From Acidimicrobiia bacterium (GTDB lineage: Bacteria; Actinomycetota; Acidimicrobiia; Spongiisociales; ZC4RG35): 64,000 nucleotides of DNA. The notes below the pieces were generated by a model, which saw nothing but the letters and a program-made list of their open reading frames with translations, did not search any database and was not told the DNA's origin. Position numbers and translations under genes: made by a program. Position 1 is the first letter of the stretch; every line of letters starts with the position of its first letter. The stretch lies in NCBI GenBank assembly GCA_035292685.1, contig DATDPP010000079.1, positions 170,971-234,970 of the forward strand, written 5' to 3'. Shown piece after piece: positions 57,364 through 64,000 of the stretch.

Positions 57364-57900
57364 TCAGGTCGTTTCAGGAAGCCCGACGAGGGACCGAACC
57401 ATCCTCGCGGTTGCCCCCCAAAGCGTGTCTTCTCCGAGGTCGTAGTACCAGATCTGGCGCCCGTCCCACGGGACAGACCACCACCGATCGTTGTCGGCGA
57501 GATCCTCGAGAGATGGGGTGTAGATCCTGGCGACCTCACGTTCGCTTGGCATCAGGAGGACAGGTGGCTTCAAGCGGCCCACGACGGGAACCACCCACGG
57601 TTTGAACTCAACGGTGTCGATCGGTGGGAGGAACCCCAGGATCTCGACGGCTGAGGGGTCGATCCCGACTTCCTCGTGGGCCTCGCGCAAAGCGGTCTCG
57701 ATCGGTCCCTGGTCGGAGGGATGGGCCCTGCCACCGGGAAGCGAGATGTGACCGGCGTGCGTGGGCATCGTGTCCGGTCGCTTGGTAAGGACGATCCTCA
57801 CCACCTCATCGTCGTCCTCGTACAGGGCAGCCAGCACCGCAGCCAGGGGCTCGTCGCCGAGCTCAGGCATCTGATCGCTCAAATGAAGTCTTTCCCACAT
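57364..57900 (-). CDS. NUDIX hydrolase (CoA-pyrophosphatase-like).
   Basis: GGRAHPSDQGPIETALREAHEEVG is a Nudix box. Confidence 0.75.
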   Translation of the reverse strand: MWERLHLSDQMPELGDEPLAAVLAALYEDDDEVVRIVLTKRPDTMPTHAGHISLPGGRAHPSDQGPIETALREAHEEVGIDPSAVEILGFLPPIDTVEFKPWVVPVVGRLKPPVLLMPSEREVARIYTPSLEDLADNDRWWSVPWDGRQIWYYDLGEDTLWGATARMVRSLVGLPETT

Positions 57901-57937
57901 TCAGATGCCAGGTTAAGTGCGCCGATAACCTGATCCG

Positions 57938-58525
57938 GTGCCACGACCCCTCTTCGAGACCGATCGCCTGATCATCCAGCGCTTTACCAGACGCGACCAT
58001 TCCACCCTCGATGACGCCATACGTTCCTCGCTGCCCGAGTTGAATCAATGGCTCCCCTGGGCGCGTATGGACTATGAGCTCGGGGACACGACGTCGTTCA
58101 TCCGGGAATCGATCCAGGCCTGGAAGGAAGAAAGGGCCTGGGATTATTCGATCCGGCACAAGGAGAGGCCCGACCGTCACCTCGGCAATGTATCGCTGTG
58201 GACTGTCTCCAAGCTGGGCAAGATCGCCGAGTTCGGATACTGGGTCCGCACCGACGAGAACTCAAAGGGGATCTGCACCGAGGCAGTGGAGTGCCTCCTC
58301 GCCGAAGCGTTCGGGCCCCTCGGCTATCACAAGGTGACTCTTCGCATCGCCATCGGCAACGACCCGTCCGACAGGGTGGCCGGCAAGCTGGGTTTCACCC
58401 GAGAGGGGGTCCTCCGCGAGGAGCTGTTGATCAGGGGAAACTGGGTCGATCACTCCTTGTGGTCCCTCCTCGACCGTGAATACCGGTCGTTGCGACGAAC
58501 CGGCGAGGTGCGAAGGACGGGCTGA
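57938..58525 (+). CDS. GNAT family N-acetyltransferase (RimJ/RimL-like).
   Basis: FETDRLIIQRF...IGNDPSDRVAGKLGFTREGVLRE. Confidence 0.75.
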   Translation: MPRPLFETDRLIIQRFTRRDHSTLDDAIRSSLPELNQWLPWARMDYELGDTTSFIRESIQAWKEERAWDYSIRHKERPDRHLGNVSLWTVSKLGKIAEFGYWVRTDENSKGICTEAVECLLAEAFGPLGYHKVTLRIAIGNDPSDRVAGKLGFTREGVLREELLIRGNWVDHSLWSLLDREYRSLRRTGEVRRTG

Positions 58526-58551
58526 AGGAGCCGGGCCCGAGAGACTGAGGC

Positions 58552-58597
58552 GAGGCGGCAGTTCGGGCCGACCGGCGTCTGTTTGCCCGAGACGGTG
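58552..58597 (+). repeat. Copy B of the ~46-bp intergenic repeat (see 22367..22412), located downstream of the GNAT gene.
   Basis: GAGGCGGCAGTTCGGGCCGACCGGCGTCTGTTTGCCCGAGACGGTG. Core identical to copy A. Confidence 0.6.
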
Positions 58598-58659
58598 TTG
58601 GCGCGAGAAGATCGAGCGTTTACCCATTGATAGTTGGTCGAGGGCAAAGTCGGCCCGAA

Positions 58660-60141
58660 TCAGCTGCTGGCGAGCACCCGCGAGGCGTCCCCGACGAAAG
58701 TGACGACAGCGGGGAACAGCCCAACGATCACGGTGAGGGCGAGCGATAGACCGAGGGCGAGGCGCAGCGATCCAGCAGGGGCGGCCGCGGCGTCGTCCTC
58801 GAACTCCCCGATCGGGTCGTCGATCCACACCGTCTTCACCACCCGGGCGTAGTAGTAGATGGCGATCACTGCGTTGACGGCGGCGATGACAGCCAGGACC
58901 ACTGTCGTGGTGCCTCCCGCGATCATGACCGACCGAAACATCTCGAACTTGGCGAACCAACCAGCAAGCGGGGGGATGCCCGCCAGGCTGAAGAAGAAGA
59001 CCGCCACCAGGATCGCCAGTCGGGTATCGACCCGACCCAGGCCACTCCAGGCGCGAATCTCGCCGGAGCGCGTCTTTCGGGCGCCGGCGATGACAACGGC
59101 GAAGGCACCGAGGTTCATCACCGCGTAGATCGCCAGATAGACCAGCGTCGCAGAGAACGCTTCCTCCAGATTCGCGCCCACCACCGCGGCCGAAGCGAAG
59201 GGCACCAGCATGAAGCCCGCCTGGGCCACCGATGAGTAGGCCAGCAGGCGAACGATGTTGGACTGGCGAAGTGCAGACAGATTCCCAACGGTCATCGACA
59301 GGGCAGCCAGCACCCACAACGCAGGGGCCCATATCTCCGACACACCGGGCAGAGCGAGATACATGACGAGCAACATCGCCACGAACCCGGCTGCCTTCGA
59401 GTTGACCGACAGATAGGCGGTGACCGGGGTGGGTGCACCCTCGTAGGTGTCGGGGGCCCAGAAATGGAACGGAACGGCAGCGATCTTGAACCCGAAGCCG
59501 ACGATCACGAAGAGGATGGCCAGGATCAGTGCCGGCTCGTCCGCCATCCCTGCAGTGGCCTCGGCCAGGCCGGTGAAGGTGACCTCTCCGGTGAGACCGT
59601 AGAGGAACGACATTCCGTAGAGCAGGATGGCCGTGGAGAGGACACCGAGTATGAAGTACTTCATCGACGCCTCGTTGGACTTGACGTCGCCTTTGCGCCA
59701 GCCCGCCAGGAGATACAAGGGGCCGGTCGTCAGCTCGAGAGCGACGAAGAGGATTATGAGGTCGCGGGCCGAGGCCATGACCATCGAGCCCAGGACCGAG
59801 GAGAGCAGCAGGAAGTAGTACTCGCCCTGGTAATAGCGGTCGGACTCGACGTAGTGGTGCGACATCAGGAACACCAGATAGGCCGCCACCACGAACAAGC
59901 CCTTCAACACCAGGGCGAACTCGTCAACCACATAGGAGCCGTCGAACATCGAGATTGTCTCCCCCTCGACCGCGAGAATCACCAGTGGGATGGCGGCCAG
60001 CGCGGTGCCAGCCACCGCCACGGTGGCCGTCCAGTATTTCTGGGGGCGAGGCAGTACCAGATCGATGGTGAACACCGTCAGCAGCGTGGCGATGATGACC
60101 AGCTCCGGGGCAAACGCGACATAGTCGATGTCGAAGGTCAC
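58660..60141 (-). CDS. nuoN: NADH-quinone oxidoreductase subunit N.
   Basis: NuoN/ND2 family multi-TM antiporter-like subunit (FHFWAPDTYEGAPTPVTA). Confidence 0.9.
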   Translation of the reverse strand: MTFDIDYVAFAPELVIIATLLTVFTIDLVLPRPQKYWTATVAVAGTALAAIPLVILAVEGETISMFDGSYVVDEFALVLKGLFVVAAYLVFLMSHHYVESDRYYQGEYYFLLLSSVLGSMVMASARDLIILFVALELTTGPLYLLAGWRKGDVKSNEASMKYFILGVLSTAILLYGMSFLYGLTGEVTFTGLAEATAGMADEPALILAILFVIVGFGFKIAAVPFHFWAPDTYEGAPTPVTAYLSVNSKAAGFVAMLLVMYLALPGVSEIWAPALWVLAALSMTVGNLSALRQSNIVRLLAYSSVAQAGFMLVPFASAAVVGANLEEAFSATLVYLAIYAVMNLGAFAVVIAGARKTRSGEIRAWSGLGRVDTRLAILVAVFFFSLAGIPPLAGWFAKFEMFRSVMIAGGTTTVVLAVIAAVNAVIAIYYYARVVKTVWIDDPIGEFEDDAAAAPAGSLRLALGLSLALTVIVGLFPAVVTFVGDASRVLASS

Positions 60142-60244
60142 GGGGTGACCTTCCGTATTTCGTAATCCGTATTCCGTAATCCGTCAGAGAAGAACGGACA
60201 ACGGAGAACGGAAACCGGGGAACGGCGAGCGAAGCGAGCCACCG
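60142..60244. repeat. Intergenic repeat at the nuoM-nuoN junction: CGTAATCCGT tandem units followed by complementary ACGGA(N)AACGGA units, then CGAGCGAAGCGAG. Forms an imperfect palindrome.
   Basis: Homologous to 63863..63965 (GTGACCT(T)CC...CCGTAATCCGT.ATCCGTAATCCGT...ACGGAAAACGGAAAACGGAA...CGAGCGAGAGCGAG). Confidence 0.65.
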
Positions 60245-61858
60245 TCATCCCCCCGAGCCCAAGGAAGCCACCGTCTCGGAGTTGAAGACGGTGTCCACCA
60301 GCGACATGACGGTGTCGGTGGTGGTGTCGAAGATCACCTTGGGATAGAAGCCGATGACCACGATCAGGATGATCAGGGGAACCCACGCCGTGAGCTCGAA
60401 ACGGTCCACGTCGTGCAATTCCTTTCCCTCCCATTCGGCACCCGGCTCACCAAGGTTCACCTGCTGCAGCATCCACAGCATGTACCCGGCGGTGAGAATG
60501 GTGCCCACCGCACCGAGCACCATTGCGGTCCTGAACACACCGACCGGCAGCCCATCAAGCGGGTTGTAGGAACCCACCAGGGACATGAACTCGCCCCAGA
60601 ACCCGGCCAGCCCGGGAAGACCGAGGGACGCCATCGCGGTAAAGGCCAGGATCCCGCCCATCACCGGCAGCAGCTTGATGTTGCCTCCGAGACGAGACAT
60701 CTCCCGGGTGTGATAGCGATGGCTCATCGACCCGGCGAGGAAGAAGAGGAGGCCCGTGATCAGACCGTGGGCCACCATCCCGATGATTGCCGCGTTGATC
60801 CCGATGTCGGTCAGGGTGGCGATTCCGAGCATCACAAAGCCCATGTGCCCCACCGAGGAGAAGGCGATCAGCCTTTTCATGTCGGTCTGGGCGAGACAGG
60901 CAAGCGACCCGTAGATGATCCCGATCACCGCCAGGATGGCGATTGCCGGAGCCCAACTAACCGCCTCCTGGGGAAGGATGGGGAGCGAGATCCTGATGAA
61001 CCCGTAGGCGCCGAGCTTCAGGAGGATGGCGGCCAGCAGAACCGAGCCCACGGTCGGTGCCGCGGTGTGGGCGTCGGGGAGCCAGGTGTGAAGCGGCCAC
61101 ATCGGCACCTTCACTGCGAACCCGAGGAACATCGCCCCGAATACCAGGAAGGCAAAGGTCCCGGTGAATGACCCCATTGCACCCAGGTTGGTGAGTTCGA
61201 CGATATCGAAGGTGCTTTCGCCGAACTTGCCCGATTCGAAGTAGAGCGCCAGAAACCCCAGCAGCATGAACGCCGAGCCGAACAGGGTGAACAGGAAGAA
61301 CTTGATCGAGGCGTAGATGCGGGTCTCGGACTCCCGAGCGAAGCCCGGGATCTTCCTGGGGGTGCGATCACCCCAGATCCCGATCATGAAGTACATCGGA
61401 AGCAGGACCACCTCGAAGAAGACGAAGAACAGGACCAGATCGAGCGCCACGAAGGTGCCGTTCATGCCTGTTGCCAGGATCATCATCAGAATGAGGAAGG
61501 CCTTGGGTCTCTTCGGCTCGTCCCAATGATTCCAGCTGTAGATCACGGCCAGCACCATGACGAAGGTGGAGAGGACGAGGAGCGGCAGGCTGATTCCGTC
61601 CACCCCGACGTGGTAGTCGGCGTTGATTGCGCTGATCCAGGTTTCGTCGACCTCGAACTGGTAGGTGTTGTATGGGCCGGCTGAGAAATCGAACTGACTT
61701 ATGAGCACCAGTGACAGCACAAAGGCACCCGCGGCCGTGAGCAGACCTACGGTCTTGACGGCGAGCTCGTTGCCCTCCGGCAGGAGACCGATCAGGAGGG
61801 CCCCTGCCAGAGGGAGAAACACGATGAGTGTGAGTCCCCAGGTTTCGAACAGTTCCAT
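60245..61858 (-). CDS. nuoM: NADH-quinone oxidoreductase subunit M.
   Basis: NuoM/ND4 family. Confidence 0.9.
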   Translation of the reverse strand: MELFETWGLTLIVFLPLAGALLIGLLPEGNELAVKTVGLLTAAGAFVLSLVLISQFDFSAGPYNTYQFEVDETWISAINADYHVGVDGISLPLLVLSTFVMVLAVIYSWNHWDEPKRPKAFLILMMILATGMNGTFVALDLVLFFVFFEVVLLPMYFMIGIWGDRTPRKIPGFARESETRIYASIKFFLFTLFGSAFMLLGFLALYFESGKFGESTFDIVELTNLGAMGSFTGTFAFLVFGAMFLGFAVKVPMWPLHTWLPDAHTAAPTVGSVLLAAILLKLGAYGFIRISLPILPQEAVSWAPAIAILAVIGIIYGSLACLAQTDMKRLIAFSSVGHMGFVMLGIATLTDIGINAAIIGMVAHGLITGLLFFLAGSMSHRYHTREMSRLGGNIKLLPVMGGILAFTAMASLGLPGLAGFWGEFMSLVGSYNPLDGLPVGVFRTAMVLGAVGTILTAGYMLWMLQQVNLGEPGAEWEGKELHDVDRFELTAWVPLIILIVVIGFYPKVIFDTTTDTVMSLVDTVFNSETVASLGSGG

Positions 61859-61873
61859 TCTTCTCAGCCTCTC

Positions 61874-63862
61874 CTATGTCACGAACACGAACACGATGAT
61901 CAGGGCCAGGACCCCGCCCACGAATGAAGCCGCGTATTGCTGAACCCGGCCCGATTGCATCTTCCGTAGTGCCGACCCCGCCCCGTCCGTGGCCGCCGAC
62001 AGGCCGTGCACCACACCATCGACCCCCCGCTGGTCGATGGTCCCGTAGACGAAAGAGCCCAAGCCTTTGGTGAGGAGAGCCACCGCGTTGACCAACGCGT
62101 CGATGACATAGGTGTTGGTCCAATTGACGAATTGGGCAACCGGTCCCATCGTCCCCCCCACCACCCCGCCCGCCAGATCGTCCATGTAGTACTTGTTTCG
62201 AAGCAATGGGTAGAGGACCGGAACCTCGAAACCGTCCCGGGCTTGCTGTGTCTCCCGGTCCTTGCCGAAGATCATCCACCCCAAGGCGATGCCGGCGAGA
62301 GCGGCGAATATCCCGCTCCCTGCCAACGCCCATTGAATGCCCTCAGCGTGATGGTCCCCCATCGTCACCTCACGCACCGCCAGCCATTCGCCGAAATTCC
62401 CGATCCCCGGCAGAGACACCCCCGGGATGCTGAAGAAACCGGCGATCGCCGAGGGAATAGCCAGCAGGACCAAAGGCACGGTCATGACCCGGGGTGCCTC
62501 ATGCGGGTGGCCGTGGCCCTTGTAGGTGCCGTGGAACGTGAGGGCCACGGCCCGTGTCATGTAGAAGGCGGTGACAAAGGCTCCGGCGATGGCGATCCAC
62601 ATCACCGCGGTGTAGCCCTCATGGCCGAGGGTCGCCAGGATCTCGTCCTTCGACCAAAACCCGGCGAGCGGGATGATCCCGGCCAGGGACAGCGAACCGA
62701 TGAGGAACGTCCAGTAGGTGACAGGCAGGTCCTTGCGGAGGCCCCCCATATCGCTCATGTTGTTGGAATGCACAGCATGGATCACCGCGCCGGCGCCAAG
62801 GAAGAGCAGGGCCTTGAAGAAAGCGTGGGTGTAGAGGTGGAACATCCCGGCCGTGTACCCGCCTGCGGCCACCGCCGTCATCATGTAGCCGAGTTGGGAC
62901 ACCGTGGAGTAGGCGAGCACCTTCTTGATGTCGTCGGCCACCAAGGCGAGCAAACCCATCCCGAAGAGGGTGATGGCACCGATCGCCACCATCCATGGCC
63001 GGGCCTCCTCGGCCAGGCTCTGGTACAGGGGGAAGGTGCGGGCCATCAGATAGACGCCAGCTGTGACCATGGTCGCGGCGTGCATCAGGGCCGAGACCGG
63101 GGTGGGGCCGGCCATGGCATCCGGCAGCCAGATGTGAAATGGGAACTGAGCGCTCTTGCCCATGGCCCCCAGGAAGAGGAGCAGGCCACCAACCACCGCA
63201 ACAGTGGACAGTGCCTCGAGGTGCTCGACCGCGGCCACATTGATCGCCTGGAAATCGAAGCTGCCCACCGCGAGGGCGACGATGATCGCCCCCAAGATCA
63301 GCCCGACATCGGCCACCTTGTTGACCAGGAACGCCTTGTTGCCCGCCCTCACGTTGTCCAGGTCCTCCCAGTAGAACCCGATCAAGAGGTAGGAGGCGAG
63401 ACCGACGCCCTCCCAGCCGATGATGAGCTGGATCAGGTTGGGGGCACCCACCAGGATCAGCATCGACCCGGCGAACAATGAGAAAGCGGCGAAGAACCAG
63501 GGGACCCTGACGTCGCCGTGCATGTAGCCAACGGCGTAGATGAAGACGAGCAGCCCGACGAGGTTGACCAGGAAGAACATCATGATCGAGAGGCCATCGA
63601 CCACCCATCCCAGCTCGAAGACGATCTCGTTCCCCGCCACCGTGCCGATCCGGGCGATCTCGAATGTGGTCCTGGCGAGAACCCCCTCGGTCATGTTCAT
63701 CACGAAGAGGACGGTGGCCCAGACGGTGTTGATGGCCAGCGCACCGATGGCGATCTCCGCGCCCTGAAGCTTCATCCTCTTGCCGACGGCCATGATCATC
63801 AGGAAGGCGACAAGAGGAAGCACCAACATGATCCCGGCGGTGTCAACAAAGAAGGTGGTCAT
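61874..63862 (-). CDS. nuoL: NADH-quinone oxidoreductase subunit L.
   Basis: NuoL/ND5 family, 662 aa with the long C-terminal extension. Confidence 0.9.
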   Translation of the reverse strand: MTTFFVDTAGIMLVLPLVAFLMIMAVGKRMKLQGAEIAIGALAINTVWATVLFVMNMTEGVLARTTFEIARIGTVAGNEIVFELGWVVDGLSIMMFFLVNLVGLLVFIYAVGYMHGDVRVPWFFAAFSLFAGSMLILVGAPNLIQLIIGWEGVGLASYLLIGFYWEDLDNVRAGNKAFLVNKVADVGLILGAIIVALAVGSFDFQAINVAAVEHLEALSTVAVVGGLLLFLGAMGKSAQFPFHIWLPDAMAGPTPVSALMHAATMVTAGVYLMARTFPLYQSLAEEARPWMVAIGAITLFGMGLLALVADDIKKVLAYSTVSQLGYMMTAVAAGGYTAGMFHLYTHAFFKALLFLGAGAVIHAVHSNNMSDMGGLRKDLPVTYWTFLIGSLSLAGIIPLAGFWSKDEILATLGHEGYTAVMWIAIAGAFVTAFYMTRAVALTFHGTYKGHGHPHEAPRVMTVPLVLLAIPSAIAGFFSIPGVSLPGIGNFGEWLAVREVTMGDHHAEGIQWALAGSGIFAALAGIALGWMIFGKDRETQQARDGFEVPVLYPLLRNKYYMDDLAGGVVGGTMGPVAQFVNWTNTYVIDALVNAVALLTKGLGSFVYGTIDQRGVDGVVHGLSAATDGAGSALRKMQSGRVQQYAASFVGGVLALIIVFVFVT

Positions 63863-63965
63863 GGAGTGACCTCCTTGGAGTCCGTAATCCGTGATCCGTA
63901 ATCCGTATACGGAAAACGCAAAACGGAAAACGGAAGACGGGCCGAGCGAGAGCGAGGCCCTCTCA
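63863..63965. repeat. Second copy of the nuo intergenic imperfect-palindromic repeat, at the nuoL upstream junction.
   Basis: TCCGTAATCCGTGATCCGTAATCCGTATACGGAAAACGCAAAACGGAAAACGGAAGACGG...CGAGCGAGAGCGAG, aligned to 60142..60244. Confidence 0.65.
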
Positions 63966-64000
63966 CCATCTCATCAGGCTCAGATCGTCGGCATTCGCCG

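Noticed and set aside
62006-63481. 491-aa + strand ORF, the 329-aa - strand ORF at 62619..63608 and the 321-aa - strand ORF at 61368..62333.
   Set aside because: All overlap nuoL/nuoM in alternative frames or antisense. The nuoL and nuoM proteins are canonical.

Overview
High-GC window (roughly 65-70% GC by eye) with Actinomycetota-like gene content: a mycothiol-type TIGR03083 protein, an LCP protein, a DUF222-HNH endonuclease, a GuaB3-like IMPDH paralog and an actinobacterial-type transaldolase. Most of it is housekeeping. Recognised genes are nadA-nadB-nadC-mdh, icd, folD, purH-purN, kynA-kynU, hutH-hutI, sucC-sucD, a B12-binding domain protein, tal, pcrA, guaA plus a guaB3-like gene, trpS, and the distal nuo genes nuoL-nuoM-nuoN. 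There are also several acyl-CoA metabolism genes, two histidine kinases and some membrane proteins of unknown function. The stand-out accessory content is as follows. (1) Positions 1-8213 hold a tandem array of translationally coupled TadE-like / TadG-like / TadE-like gene triplets: four small prepilin-like proteins of two alternating subtypes and three large paralogs that share a Cys-rich C-terminal domain I do not recognise. No flp, tadABC, tadZ or tadV is seen in the window, and a DapA-like plus SCP2 insertion splits the array. (2) A lower-GC islet at about 39.9-42.6 kb, between tal and pcrA, carries an ANT(2'')-like nucleotidyltransferase, a small helical ORF, a DUF222-HNH endonuclease and an unknown 189-aa protein. 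(3) A DUF2207-LemA membrane pair. (4) A molybdopterin-domain protein fused to pentapeptide repeats. (5) An orphan CheA-like hybrid kinase with a C-terminal receiver. (6) Two families of short intergenic repeats: a ~46-bp element found after the SDR gene and after the GNAT gene, and a ~100-bp imperfect-palindromic CCGTAATCCGT/ACGGAAAACGG element at two nuo gene junctions. There are also several strong perfect inverted repeats. No rRNA, tRNA, CRISPR array or transposase was recognised. Many long ORFs in the six-frame track are antisense or out-of-frame shadows of real genes, as expected at this GC content.
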